Origin: Akkermansiaceae bacterium
Lineage (GTDB): Bacteria; Verrucomicrobiota; Verrucomicrobiia; Verrucomicrobiales; Akkermansiaceae
DNA: 48,933 nt
Assembly: GCA_051251915.1 (NCBI GenBank)
Contig: JBPOGF010000025.1
Coordinates: 1-48,933 of the forward strand
Reading direction: 5' to 3'
Each line of letters starts with the position of its first letter. Positions within the stretch are counted from its first letter, which is position 1. The translations under genes were made by a program, and so were the position numbers. The notes beneath the pieces are model-generated. The model saw nothing but the letters and a program-made list of their open reading frames with translations, was not told the DNA's origin and did no database searches. Positions 9,016 to 19,233 of the stretch are shown piece by piece.

Positions 9016-9519
9016 TTATGACTCAACCATCATGCGCATAGGGACCATGCTGGAGTAATGGAAACCTTGGGCGATAAAGAATTTCTGTGATTTTGAGCTT
9101 AATTTGTCTGTGAGGAGGGTGATGCGGAGGAACTTTTTGTCTCTGGCGAACTTACGGACGAATCTGAGTAGTCTCTCACCGTATCCTTGACCTCGATGGG
9201 AGGGGTGAATGATGAAGTCTTCTAGGAGGATGACCATGCCGCCGACTGCGGTGGAGATGGTGAAGAGGAGGTTGACTACGCCTACGATGTGGTGGTCATT
9301 TCTGAGGATAAAAATTCTGCCTCTGTTTGGTGATTCTAGGATGAGTCTCAGCCCGTTTTCCTGAGCGCTACGGATGGGAGTGAAGTCGCCTTGGCTTTCT
9401 AACAGCTCCATGACGAGTTCGGTGATTTCGCCGAGATCTTCGATGGTTGCTGTTTCGATGCGGAGTTTGTCTCCAGGGTTGGTGGAGTCGCTAGAATTTG
9501 ATGCGGCTTGTTCTGACAT
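9016..9519 (-). CDS. GNAT N-acetyltransferase
   Basis: IHPSHRGQGYG acetyl-CoA motif. Confidence 0.88.
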   Translation of the reverse strand: MSEQAASNSSDSTNPGDKLRIETATIEDLGEITELVMELLESQGDFTPIRSAQENGLRLILESPNRGRIFILRNDHHIVGVVNLLFTISTAVGGMVILLEDFIIHPSHRGQGYGERLLRFVRKFARDKKFLRITLLTDKLSSKSQKFFIAQGFHYSSMVPMRMMVES

Positions 9520-9531
9520 GAGGTGAAAGTT

Positions 9532-10533
9532 TTACCACTCGATGGCGACAGCTGCCCAGGTGAGACCTGCTCCGAATCCAACGAGGATGATGTTGTCTCC
9601 ACGTTCGAACTTGCCTTCGCGGTGTGCTTCATCGAGTGCGATGGCGACTGCTGCTGCGGAGGTGTTGCCGTATTTGTGTAGATTTACGAAGACTTTCTCG
9701 TTGGGGATGGTGAGGCGGTCTGCAATGGCATCAATGATGCGGAGGTTTGCTTGGTGTGGGATGACGAGCTTGATGTTATCGGCAGTGAGTCCTGCGTCTT
9801 CGATGACGGTCTCAGCGGAGCGTTTCATGGCGTTGACGGCTTGTTTGAAGACTTCGCGTCCTTGCATGGCGAGGGATGCGAGTTTTTGGTCGGCGTTTTC
9901 TATTGTGGTAGGGCAGGCTGAGCCTCCGCCTGGGATGTTGAGGATGGAGGCTTGTGAGCCATCAGTTCCTACTTTGGTGGCTAGAATGCGACCGGTATTT
10001 TCATTACCTCTGGTGAGGACTGCTGCGCCGGCTCCGTCTCCGAATAGGACGCAAGTGTTACGGTCTGACCAGTTAGTGAATGCGGAAAGTTTTTCTGCTC
10101 CGATGATGAGGGCATTTTTGAAGGCGCCGTCGGAGATCATGCGCTGGGCGATTTCCATGGCGTAGAGGAAGCCTGAGCAGGCTGCGGAGACGTCAAATGC
10201 TAGGGCGTTAGTGGCGCCGATGTTGTGCTGGACGTAGCAGGCAGTGGCTGGGGTTAGGGTGTCTGGGGTGATGGTGCCTACGATAATGAGGTCGATGTCT
10301 ATGGCGTCGATCCCAGCGTTTTCGAGCGCGTTTATGGCGGCTCCTGTGGCTAGGTCTGAGGTGTTTTCGCCATCTGCAGCGATGTGTCTAGATTTGATTC
10401 CTGTGCGGCTGGTGATCCACTCATCAGTGGTATCCACGATGCTTTCGAGATCCTTATTGGTCATGATTCTCTCAGGAAGATAGCGTCCTGTGCCAGCGAT
10501 GGATACGGGTATCTTAGAAGTATTTGCGCTCAT
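9532..10533 (-). CDS. fabH: Beta-ketoacyl-ACP synthase III
   Basis: AACSGF, FGDGAGA, PHQANLRII, YGNTSAA, GFGAGLTW. Confidence 0.97.
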   Translation of the reverse strand: MSANTSKIPVSIAGTGRYLPERIMTNKDLESIVDTTDEWITSRTGIKSRHIAADGENTSDLATGAAINALENAGIDAIDIDLIIVGTITPDTLTPATACYVQHNIGATNALAFDVSAACSGFLYAMEIAQRMISDGAFKNALIIGAEKLSAFTNWSDRNTCVLFGDGAGAAVLTRGNENTGRILATKVGTDGSQASILNIPGGGSACPTTIENADQKLASLAMQGREVFKQAVNAMKRSAETVIEDAGLTADNIKLVIPHQANLRIIDAIADRLTIPNEKVFVNLHKYGNTSAAAVAIALDEAHREGKFERGDNIILVGFGAGLTWAAVAIEW

Positions 10534-10751
10534 TGTTTTCGATTATTAGCTTGTAGAATGACGGTGGTCAACAGTTTCCATGTGGTCATGTGGATAAATT
10601 GTGAATCTGATTTTGGTGAAATATTGGGATGGTGGTAAGAAATAGAGGTCGGCTTGCGTAAAATATTCTTACGGTAGGAAAATTAAAGGTTGCCTTTTTC
10701 TCAATAGAGGTAAGTTTTTCACATCAAATTTCAGCTAGAGGTAAGTTATTT

Positions 10752-11930
10752 ATGAACGGAACAGACTACACCATTTCACTAAAGATTCAACATCGGATAA
10801 GATTCACTAGAGGGGCTTTTGAAGTCCAGAATAGATTGCTGGCTGATACGCTGCAAAGCGATGAGGGCAAAGTGGCTAAAGTGCTGGTCTTCCTAGAGAA
10901 GGCGGTGGCTGAGGAATTTCCAAAGTTGTCTGACCAGATAGAGGCGTATTTCACCGATACTCTGGGGTTTGATTTCCGTGGGGTGCGTGTGGATGTGGGT
11001 GCGGAGGAGTGTAAGCGAAATGAAAAGGTGTTACGCAGAGTTTGGGACGGCATTGAGCAAGAGAAGGTGGATAGGCATTCTTATGTGGTGTGTATTGGTG
11101 GTGGGGCATTTCTTGATGTGGTGGGATTTGGCGCAGCGACTGCGCATCGTGGTGTGAGGTTGGTGAGATTTCCTACTACTACGCTGTCTCAGGATGACAG
11201 TGGGGTAGGTGTGAAGAATGGGATCAATGCATTTGGCAAGAAGAACTGGATTGGATCATTTGCTGTTCCTTATGCGGTGGTGAATGATTTTGAGTTCTTG
11301 CACACTCAGCCTGAGAATATCCGTAGAGACGGATTGGTGGAGGCTGTGAAAGTGGCGTTGGTGCGAGATGCTGCATTTTTCAATTGGTTAGAGGACAATG
11401 CAAAATTTCTTTATGAGTTAAAGCCGGCTGTGCTGGAGGAAGCTGTGGAGCGCTCTGCGATTCAGCATGCGGAGCATATTGCAACGGGTGGTGACCCGTT
11501 TGAGTCTGGGAGTAGTAGGCCGTTGGATTTTGGCCACTGGGCGGCACATAAGCTGGAGCAGATTACGGACTTTACTCTCAGTCATGCTGAGGCGGTGAGT
11601 GTGGGGATAGCTTTGGATACGGTGTATTCTTGGCGTACTGGAAGGATTACTGAGAAAGATGCTCATAGGGTGTTAGATATTTTATCGAAGCTTGGGTTAC
11701 CACTATACGATGATGCATTTGAACGAAGAGGCGCAAATGGTAAGCGTGAGGTGATAGCTGGTCTGGAAGAGTTCCGCGAACATTTAGGTGGAGAGCTTAC
11801 TGTTCTATTACTTCGTGAAATAGGTAAAGGTGAGGACGTGCATGAGCTGGATGAGAGCTTGCTGGACGAATGTATAGAATACAATGCGGCTTACCAGAAA
11901 CGGAGTGAATCTGTAGAGGCTGAGCTCTAG
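10752..11930 (+). CDS. 3-dehydroquinate synthase family sugar-phosphate cyclase (EboD-like subtype)
   Basis: GGGAFLD, AHRGVRLVRFPTT, DSGVGVKNGIN, GDPFESGSSRPLDFGHWAAHKLE. Confidence 0.85.
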   Translation: MNGTDYTISLKIQHRIRFTRGAFEVQNRLLADTLQSDEGKVAKVLVFLEKAVAEEFPKLSDQIEAYFTDTLGFDFRGVRVDVGAEECKRNEKVLRRVWDGIEQEKVDRHSYVVCIGGGAFLDVVGFGAATAHRGVRLVRFPTTTLSQDDSGVGVKNGINAFGKKNWIGSFAVPYAVVNDFEFLHTQPENIRRDGLVEAVKVALVRDAAFFNWLEDNAKFLYELKPAVLEEAVERSAIQHAEHIATGGDPFESGSSRPLDFGHWAAHKLEQITDFTLSHAEAVSVGIALDTVYSWRTGRITEKDAHRVLDILSKLGLPLYDDAFERRGANGKREVIAGLEEFREHLGGELTVLLLREIGKGEDVHELDESLLDECIEYNAAYQKRSESVEAEL

Positions 11931-12165
11931 GCAACCTCCGGCAACCCACGTCACCGGCGTGGGATGGGATTTGTATGAGATATGTATGGGTTAGTGGCAT
12001 TGCATGCGATTGAAAAGGAAAACCACCCTGCGGGCTGTGAAGCATTGCAGTGCCTGCCTTCGTTGCTCTTCAGTTACGGAAAATTTCCGCGCCTTCATCG
12101 CGCCTTGACATGCACTACAATGCTCCACAGCGTCGTCAACGCTGGTTGCCGGAGGTCGCCTCTAG
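11925..12165. mobile_element. MITE-like element, family B, with terminal IRs and CTCTAG flanking direct repeat
   Basis: GCAACCTCCGGCAACC (11931) / GGTTGCCGGAGGTCGC (to 12159); inner 20-bp IR at 12034-12053 and 12112-12131; CTCTAG at 11925 and 12160. Confidence 0.75.
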
Positions 12166-12301
12166 TATTAATTCGTTTTATAGGATTAATGAGTGGTTTA
12201 GTTGTGGCTTTAGTGAGGCTGTATGACTACTCTAATTACCAGAGTTATATTCTCGACACGGGTAGGTAATGTTCTTACTTGTGTAATCAATCTATAAAAT
12301 T

Positions 12302-13552
12302 ATGAAATTAATCAACAAATCGTTCATCGCAATCATTGTTTCTGTGGTAACCACTTTGGTATCTAGCGCAGCTGACTTCCGCACTTGGACATCAAGACAG
12401 GGCTCATCGATAGAAGCTCAAATGCTTAAGTATGAGGATGGGGTAGCCTATCTTACTACAAAGGAGCCTAAGGAAATCAAGATCAAGGTTGCGGACTTAA
12501 GTCTAGCGGATCGACAATATCTTATTGAGTTCGCTCAGGCTGATAAGGATTTGTTGCTAAAGGGTGACCCAGCAGTGCCAGAGAAAGACTGGAAGAAGGC
12601 TAATGATTTCATCAAGAAGTTAGACATAACAATAGAGATTGATGGGACTGAGTTTTCTTATGATCTGTATGAGACAAAGCACTTTTTGTTTGCTGCTGGA
12701 AGCGGAGTTAATCCATCTGGAGTGGCTGAGACAGCGGAAGCGTGTTGGCACGGAATGGCGTTCCAGCATTTAGAATTTATTGAAAACTGGGGGACTACTC
12801 GTAAGTTGATTGTAGTTCCTGAGGACCCTGAGGCGTATAAGTCACTGGGTGAGTATGAAGTAGGGAGGCTAAGATCTGCAGGACAGAATGAGTATGCTGA
12901 TAACGTGGAGGAAACTTGGGAGCGACTCGGAGTGGGACGCATAGGAGTGAGCGACGAGTTAATGAAGGAGTATAACCTTAAGGAGCGTGCTTTGGCATTT
13001 CACACTAAGGATAAGAAACTTTTCCGCAAGGACTGGAATTCATTCCAGACGCATGTGATCAGTTCTGCTTTGCTAAGGGAGCAGCTGGGTGGAATTTCCT
13101 CTATCAGTGCTAATGGTTACTTCACGATTATTACAGGACATGCCTTTTACAAGGAAATCCAGCTTACGAAGAAGACTGAGACTAATCTGCTTAGTCGTGA
13201 GTATGAAGGAGAGATCGGATCTAAGAAAGGATTTGATGATGGAACTGCGTGGGCAAAGTCACTTCAGAAGCTAGTCAAAAAAGGAGATTGGGTTCCTAAG
13301 CTGGAGCAGACATTGAACATTCAGTCAGCGATAGATCTTGATCCTGAGAAGTTGGTGACTATGTATGCGCTTTCTTATTATATGCAGAGCACACAGCCGA
13401 GAATAGCAGCTTATGCGAAGTTGGCTAGAAGGATAAATACTTCTTCTCAGGTGCCGGCGGTTTCTGAAATCGTGAAGTTCTTTGGTTTTGAGACTGTTGA
13501 AGAATTTGAGAAAGACTGGATTGAGTTCATTAAGTCTAGAGATTTCAGATAA
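12302..13552 (+). CDS. Secreted SHD1-domain protein, remainder unknown
   Basis: Signal peptide; FRTWTS..G..IEA...LSLADRQY SHD1 pattern. Confidence 0.75.
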   Translation: MKLINKSFIAIIVSVVTTLVSSAADFRTWTSRQGSSIEAQMLKYEDGVAYLTTKEPKEIKIKVADLSLADRQYLIEFAQADKDLLLKGDPAVPEKDWKKANDFIKKLDITIEIDGTEFSYDLYETKHFLFAAGSGVNPSGVAETAEACWHGMAFQHLEFIENWGTTRKLIVVPEDPEAYKSLGEYEVGRLRSAGQNEYADNVEETWERLGVGRIGVSDELMKEYNLKERALAFHTKDKKLFRKDWNSFQTHVISSALLREQLGGISSISANGYFTIITGHAFYKEIQLTKKTETNLLSREYEGEIGSKKGFDDGTAWAKSLQKLVKKGDWVPKLEQTLNIQSAIDLDPEKLVTMYALSYYMQSTQPRIAAYAKLARRINTSSQVPAVSEIVKFFGFETVEEFEKDWIEFIKSRDFR

Positions 13553-13567
13553 CTGAAAATTAGGATT

Positions 13568-14953
13568 ATGAAACCAATTAAATTTTTAACGATACTGGCG
13601 CTCGGGGCAGGGCTAGGGATCTCATCTTTGAGTGCGAAAGAGGCGGTAGAATATCGCGATTTTAAGAACTCTGAGGGTAAGGTGATCAAGGCTGTTTTAG
13701 TAGATAAATCTGAAACGAAGGCGGTATTTTTATTACAGAATGGAAGCCGAGCGAGTGTGGATATTTCTGCGCTTAGTGCGGAGGACCAAACATATGTGAA
13801 GAGCTGGAATAAGGCGAAAGCTTATTTCCTAACGAAGTGCCGTGGTCTGTCTATTGGGTCACTGCTTACTCTGCGAGGCTATGAATCTATTCCGATCAAG
13901 TTAGATGGGAATTCAATGATTGTGCCTGCCAAGATTAATGGTAAGCCCGCTAAGTTCATTGTTGATACTGGTGCGGGGTCATCGTTGTTTCACTCTGGTT
14001 CTGCTACACGGACTGGTTGTAAGTTAGGTCCATTTGATCAGAAAGTCTATGGAGTTTCAGGTGAGGTTCCGGCGGCGTATGCGCAGGTTGACTCATTGCA
14101 GATAGGTGAGTCTGTCTTTAAGGATAGGCAGATATTAGCGACGGATCTGATGAAGGATATGCCAAAGGGGGCAAAGCGGACGGACGATGGATTGTTTGGC
14201 GCTGAATTTCTTGCGGAATTGGATGCGGTAATTTCTTATCAGGAGAGGACTTTGTTTCTGAGACCTGATAAGTCAGACAGTGCTACGGTTAAAATGACTG
14301 GTGATGAGAAAGGTGATGCGGAGACGTTATCATTTAGAATTTTCAAATCTAAGTCAGGGAAAACTTACCGTGGTAATATCACGAAGAAGACGGCTACTGT
14401 TATATCTGTGAATACTCCTGAGGGGAAGAAAATCCAGCTTCCTATTTCTCAGCTTTCTGCGGAAGATGCTGAGTATGCTAAGAACTGGACTGCTGAGGGA
14501 GCTTTGTTCCTTCAGCATTGCCGGAGTTTGACGATCCATGAATTACTTGAGCTTAGGGCTTATCAGAGTTTTAAGTATGAGCGACAGGGGAATCACATTT
14601 TTGTGGATGGAACGCTGAATACTAACAAGGTGACTTGGCTGATTGATACTGGTGCTGATAGTTCATTGCTTCACTTAGGTGCGGCGAAAGAGAACAATGT
14701 GAATGTTGGGCCTATGGATCAGAAAGTGTATGGTGTGGGTGGTGAAGCGCCAGCTGCGGGTTGCACAGTTGATACTGTCACGCTAGGTGATGCGATCTTT
14801 AAACAACGTCGTATTTTAGCTACTGATTTGGATCGTTTTGAGCAGGGTCTTACTTATGCGGGGCTCTTCGGGGCGGACTTCATGCGTGAGTGTAATGCGG
14901 TGATCACTTATCGTGAGCAGCGGATGTTCATGAGACAAGAGAAGCAGAAATAA
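13568..14953 (+). CDS. Secreted protein with tandem [SHD1 + retropepsin-like aspartyl protease] x2
   Basis: FIVDTGA...GLFGAEFL and WLIDTGA...GLFGADFM; two SHD1-like segments ending LSAED..Y.K.W. Confidence 0.85.
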   Translation: MKPIKFLTILALGAGLGISSLSAKEAVEYRDFKNSEGKVIKAVLVDKSETKAVFLLQNGSRASVDISALSAEDQTYVKSWNKAKAYFLTKCRGLSIGSLLTLRGYESIPIKLDGNSMIVPAKINGKPAKFIVDTGAGSSLFHSGSATRTGCKLGPFDQKVYGVSGEVPAAYAQVDSLQIGESVFKDRQILATDLMKDMPKGAKRTDDGLFGAEFLAELDAVISYQERTLFLRPDKSDSATVKMTGDEKGDAETLSFRIFKSKSGKTYRGNITKKTATVISVNTPEGKKIQLPISQLSAEDAEYAKNWTAEGALFLQHCRSLTIHELLELRAYQSFKYERQGNHIFVDGTLNTNKVTWLIDTGADSSLLHLGAAKENNVNVGPMDQKVYGVGGEAPAAGCTVDTVTLGDAIFKQRRILATDLDRFEQGLTYAGLFGADFMRECNAVITYREQRMFMRQEKQK

Positions 14954-14973
14954 CTTACCTCTAGAGAATTTTT

Positions 14974-15017
14974 AAGAATGGATCTAATAGTCTTTGACTG
15001 TTAGATCCATTTTTTTT
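14974..15017. terminator. Terminator hairpin between convergent genes
   Basis: AATGGATCTAATAGTC-TTT-GACTGTTAGATCCATT followed by T-run. Confidence 0.85.
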
Positions 15018-15018
15018 G

Positions 15019-16050
15019 TTAGAGGGTGGACCAGTCTAGGACGATCTTTCCGGACTCTCCTGAGAGCATGGTCTGGAAGCCTTCTTCGAAATCTGTGTAG
15101 TGGAACTTGTGAGTGATGACGGCGCTGGTGTCTAGGCCCGCGCGGATCATTGAGGTCATTTTGTACCAAGTCTCATACATTTCTCTGCCGTAGATTCCTT
15201 TGAGGACGAGTCCTTTGAAGATGACTTTGTCCCAGTCGATGGCGACATTGTCTGGGAAAATTCCTAGGAGTGAAACTTTTGCGCCGTTTGAGGTGTTTTC
15301 TAAGATGTCATTTAGTCCGCTTGGATGGCCTGACATTTCGAGTGCGACGTCGAAGCCTTCGTTCATCTTGAGTTGTTTTTTGACATCTGTTAGAGATTCT
15401 TTGGCTACATTGACGGTGCGTGTGGCGCCTAGTTTCTCAGCGAGTGCGAGGCGGTATGGGTTGACATCTGTGACGACTACGTGACGTGCACCGGCGAATT
15501 TAGCGACGGCTGCGGCCATGCAACCGATGGGGCCGGCGCCTGTGATGAGGACGTCTTCGGCGACGAGATCCCATGAGAGCGCGGTGTGGACGGCGTTTCC
15601 TAGTGGGTCGAATGTGGAGATGATGTCTTCTGGTATGGCGGGGTCTACTTTGTAGGCATTGACGGCGGGGATGGAGAGATATTCTGCGAATGCTCCGGTT
15701 CTGTTGACGCCTACGCCTTTGGTGTTGGGGCATAGGTGGCGGCGACCTGCGAGGCAGTTTCTGCAATGTCCGCAGACGATGTGGCCTTCGCCGGAGACGA
15801 GTTCGCCTACTTTGAAGTCTGAGACGCCAGCTCCGACGGCGGCGATTTCTCCGCAGTATTCGTGGCCGATGGTCATGGGGACTGGGATGGTTTTCTGTGC
15901 CCATTTGTCCCATTTGTAGATGTGGACATCGGTTCCGCAGATGGAGGTTTTCTTGATCTTGATAAGGACGTCCATGGGGCCGAATTCTGGTTCAGGGACG
16001 TCTTCGAGCCAAAGTCCTTCTTCAGCTTTAGATTTTACGAGTGCTTTCAT
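15019..16050 (-). CDS. tdh: L-threonine 3-dehydrogenase
   Basis: [48 protein letters not shown]. Confidence 0.96.
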   Translation of the reverse strand: MKALVKSKAEEGLWLEDVPEPEFGPMDVLIKIKKTSICGTDVHIYKWDKWAQKTIPVPMTIGHEYCGEIAAVGAGVSDFKVGELVSGEGHIVCGHCRNCLAGRRHLCPNTKGVGVNRTGAFAEYLSIPAVNAYKVDPAIPEDIISTFDPLGNAVHTALSWDLVAEDVLITGAGPIGCMAAAVAKFAGARHVVVTDVNPYRLALAEKLGATRTVNVAKESLTDVKKQLKMNEGFDVALEMSGHPSGLNDILENTSNGAKVSLLGIFPDNVAIDWDKVIFKGLVLKGIYGREMYETWYKMTSMIRAGLDTSAVITHKFHYTDFEEGFQTMLSGESGKIVLDWSTL

Positions 16051-16240
16051 AATATAGTAAATATTTTGGATCAAAGACTAAGCTTAGGGCTCTTCAATTA
16101 GTCGTTTTATGCCATGAATTGGAGGGGGCTGCAATCGTAGAACAGATTAGTGCCGATTCAGTGGTGGTGTGTTGATAAACTACTTATGGATTATTGGTAT
16201 TTAGTCGCTTTTCAGGAAAGAGTATCTATAGAATAGGGAT

Positions 16241-16510
16241 ATGAGTAACGACCCACTACACGGAATCAATCTTGAACGCATGCTGACTGAGTTGGTGGAT
16301 GAGTATGGTTGGGAGGATCTGGCGTTTCGGATTAGGATCAATTGTTTCAGCCGTGATCCTAGTATTAAGTCTAGTTTGAAATTTTTGAGGAGGACGTTTT
16401 GGGCACGAGCGAAGGTTGAAGACTTGTATAGAATTCATTTAGGGCTTGAGCCTAAGGAGGCGGGGAAAATGAAGCCTTCTAAGAATGCGAAGAAGGAGAA
16501 GGATTCATAG
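16241..16510 (+). CDS. VF530-family (DUF2132) small DNA-binding protein
   Basis: DPLHGI.LE..L..LV..YGW..L...[24 protein letters not shown]. Confidence 0.88.
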   Translation: MSNDPLHGINLERMLTELVDEYGWEDLAFRIRINCFSRDPSIKSSLKFLRRTFWARAKVEDLYRIHLGLEPKEAGKMKPSKNAKKEKDS

Positions 16511-16521
16511 ATGTTAGATTA

Positions 16522-17538
16522 TTAGAATAGTTCTTCGGTGTTTTTGGGAGGAGCGGCGCCTATTTTGGTGTAGGCTGTGGGGAGTGCTACTCGGCCACGT
16601 GGGGTGCGTTTTAGGAAGCCTTGCATGATGAGGAAGGGTTCGTGGACTTCTTCTAGGGTGGATGCGTCTTCGCCTACAGCGACTGCGACGGATGAGAGGC
16701 CTACTGGGCCGCCGTTGAACTTGTAGATGACGGCTTCGAGGATGCGTTTGTCCATTTCGTCTAGGCCGTCTTCGTCGATCTCGATCATGGCGAGTGCTTG
16801 GTTGGCAATTTCTGCGTTGATGATACCATCGGCTCTGACTTGCGCGAAGTCGCGAACCCAGCGGAGTAGGTTGTTGGCGATTCGGGGTGTGCCGCGTGAT
16901 CTGGATGCTACTTCGGTGGCTCCATCTGGGGTGATTTCTATTTCTAGGAGACCGGCTGAGCGCTCGATGATGACGGCGAGTTCTTCTTTGGAGTAGTAGT
17001 CTAGACGGTTTACGAGGCCGAAGCGTGAGCGGAGGGGGGCGGTGAGCATGCCAGCGCGGGTGGTGGCTCCGACTAGGGTGAATTTTGGTAGGTTGAGCTG
17101 GATGGAGCGGGCGGAGGGGCCGGAGTCGATGATGATGTCTAACCGGAAGTCTTCCATGGCTGGGTAGAGGTATTCTTCGATGGCTGGGTGGAGGCGGTGG
17201 ATCTCATCGATGAAGAGGATGTCGCCTTTCTGGACGTTGGTTAGGATGCCTGCGAGGTCACCGGCTTTTTCGATTTGAGGGCCTGAGGTGGTGTGGAGTT
17301 GGGTGCCGGCTGCGCCTGAGATGATGTTAGCTAGTGTGGTTTTTCCAAGTCCTGGGGGGCCTGAGAGGAGGATGTGCTCTAGTACATCATCTCGCTGCTG
17401 AGCGGCCTCAACCATGAGTGTGAGGCGTTCTTTGATTTTATCTTGGCCGTGGAACTCACTGAATGCGGGTGGTCTGAGGGATTGCTCGTAGTTCGCATCT
17501 TGCGGTTGTGAGGTTTTGTCGTAGAGAGGATCATCCAT
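16522..17538 (-). CDS. ruvB: Holliday junction branch migration helicase RuvB
   Basis: [43 protein letters not shown]. Confidence 0.97.
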   Translation of the reverse strand: MDDPLYDKTSQPQDANYEQSLRPPAFSEFHGQDKIKERLTLMVEAAQQRDDVLEHILLSGPPGLGKTTLANIISGAAGTQLHTTSGPQIEKAGDLAGILTNVQKGDILFIDEIHRLHPAIEEYLYPAMEDFRLDIIIDSGPSARSIQLNLPKFTLVGATTRAGMLTAPLRSRFGLVNRLDYYSKEELAVIIERSAGLLEIEITPDGATEVASRSRGTPRIANNLLRWVRDFAQVRADGIINAEIANQALAMIEIDEDGLDEMDKRILEAVIYKFNGGPVGLSSVAVAVGEDASTLEEVHEPFLIMQGFLKRTPRGRVALPTAYTKIGAAPPKNTEELF

Positions 17539-17640
17539 TGATGAAGTTTTAGTAGGGTGATTTTATTTTACAAGCATGAAGCATGAAGAGGGTATTTCTT
17601 AGTTGCAGGGAAGTGGTATGCTGACTTAAATAGGGCACAG

Positions 17641-18459
17641 ATGAGTGAAATGATACAGACGATAGGAATCATAGCGGGAAACGGAATTTACCCGGAGACA
17701 TTTGCGGCAGCGGCTCGGAAGAATGAGCCTGGGTGTAAGCTGGTGGGGGCGGCATTTAATGGTGAGACGAAGGAGGATCTTGGTGAGAAGGTGGATGCGA
17801 TAGAGTGGTTTAGGGTGGGGCAGTTGAGTAAGATTATTAAATTTTTTAAGCGTGAGGGGGTGACTAGGGCGATTATGGTGGGGCAGATAGCGCCTAAGAA
17901 TTTATTTGATTTGAGGCCGGATATGCGGATTTTGTTGATGTTGGCGCGGGTGAAGAAGAGGAATGCGGAGACGCTGTTTGGTGCGATAGCTGATGAGTTG
18001 GCCAAGGATGGGATAGAGTTAATCAATGCTACTACTTATCTTGATGACTTACTGCCTGAACCGGGACATGTGTGTGGTCCTAAGCTGAAGAAGCGTCAGC
18101 AGGAGGATGCTGAGTATGGCTTTGAGATAGCGAAGGAGAGTAGTAGATTAGACATAGGTCAGAGTGTGGTGGTGCGTCATGGGACGGTGTTGGCGGTGGA
18201 GGCATTTGAGGGGACGGATGAGTGTATTAAGCGTGGTGGTAAATTGGGGAGAGGTAAGAGCTGTACTTTGGCTAAGGTGAGTAAGCCGAATCAGGATTTT
18301 AGGTTTGATGTTCCTTGTTTGGGGTCACGTACAATTGAGGCGTGTAGTGAGGCGGGGGTGAAAGTGATAGCTTGTGAGGCGAAGAGAACGCTGATTTTAG
18401 GGAAGGATGATGTGGAGAGAATTTGTGGAGAAAAAGGGGTGACGATTGTGGCTTTGTGA
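17641..18459 (+). CDS. lpxI: UDP-2,3-diacylglucosamine diphosphatase LpxI family
   Basis: IGIIAGNG.YP, DIGQSVVV, AVEAFEGTD, KPNQDFRFDVP. Confidence 0.9.
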   Translation: MSEMIQTIGIIAGNGIYPETFAAAARKNEPGCKLVGAAFNGETKEDLGEKVDAIEWFRVGQLSKIIKFFKREGVTRAIMVGQIAPKNLFDLRPDMRILLMLARVKKRNAETLFGAIADELAKDGIELINATTYLDDLLPEPGHVCGPKLKKRQQEDAEYGFEIAKESSRLDIGQSVVVRHGTVLAVEAFEGTDECIKRGGKLGRGKSCTLAKVSKPNQDFRFDVPCLGSRTIEACSEAGVKVIACEAKRTLILGKDDVERICGEKGVTIVAL

Positions 18460-18486
18460 TATTTTAGTCATTGACCAATAGAAGGA

Positions 18487-19131
18487 ATGGGGCAAGTTGT
18501 TAGTGTGGACAGTAAAGTGGAAATTCCTAAGAAGACAATTTATAGGTTGTCTATTTATAGTCGTTGCTTGCAGCGGCTACATGAGAATGCATTGGAGACG
18601 GTGAGTTCTAATTCACTTGCGCAGGCGGCGAATGTGAAGCCTGCACAGTTGCGGAAGGACTTGGCTTACTTTGGTCAACTTGGAACTCGAGGATTAGGGT
18701 ATCCTGTTGAGCTTTTGTTAGAAACAATACGTGACGTTTTGGGACGAGCTACATTGCAGCCAGTTATATTGGTAGGTGTGGGTAACTTGGGACGAGCGTT
18801 GTTGCATTATGAGGGTTTTAAGAAGGAAGGTTTTGAGGTTTTAGCCGCTTTTGATAGCAATCCTGAAGTGCTTAAGAAGGGGGTAGTGGATGTTCCGTTG
18901 ATGCATGATAGCGAGATGATTTCGTTTATCAAAAAGCATAATGTTAGAATGGCGATTCTCTGTGTGCCTGCTCAATATGGTCAAGAGGTGGCTAATGTGG
19001 TGGTAGGGGCAGGGGTGCAAGGCATCTTAAATTTCTCTCCAACGATCATCCAGGTGCCGGACCATGTTGTGGTGACGCGTGTGGATTTAGCGATGGAATT
19101 GGAAAGTTTGAGTTACTTTATTGATCAATAA
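18487..19131 (+). CDS. rex: Redox-sensing transcriptional repressor Rex (start may be a downstream GTG)
   Basis: IPKKTIYRLSIY, QLRKDLAYFG..GTRGLGY, GVGNLG.AL, GILNFSP. Confidence 0.95.
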   Translation: MGQVVSVDSKVEIPKKTIYRLSIYSRCLQRLHENALETVSSNSLAQAANVKPAQLRKDLAYFGQLGTRGLGYPVELLLETIRDVLGRATLQPVILVGVGNLGRALLHYEGFKKEGFEVLAAFDSNPEVLKKGVVDVPLMHDSEMISFIKKHNVRMAILCVPAQYGQEVANVVVGAGVQGILNFSPTIIQVPDHVVVTRVDLAMELESLSYFIDQ

Positions 19132-19233
19132 AGTGCGGAAACATCATCCTAATATGTAGTTTCGGTTCAAAATGACCGGAGGGGGTAGTATTTTGTTTAT
19201 GGTAGGAATATTCGTGCGACTATACGTAACGTT

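Noticed and set aside
9542..10165. 207-aa antisense ORF in fabH, and similar shadow ORFs in tdh, ruvB, asd, DAHP synthase and others
   Set aside because: Antisense or alternate-frame shadows of well-conserved genes
10656..10672. Imperfect palindrome CGTAA-N7-TTACG between fabH and the DHQ synthase-like gene
   Set aside because: Short, AT-rich and single; insufficient to call an operator
11982..12269. 95-aa ORF
   Set aside because: Lies mostly within the MITE-like hairpin element and has no protein-like features
19132..19233. Rex operator upstream of ald or rex
   Set aside because: No TTGTGAA-N4-TTCACAA-like site found; only a weak CGGT..ACCG hairpin
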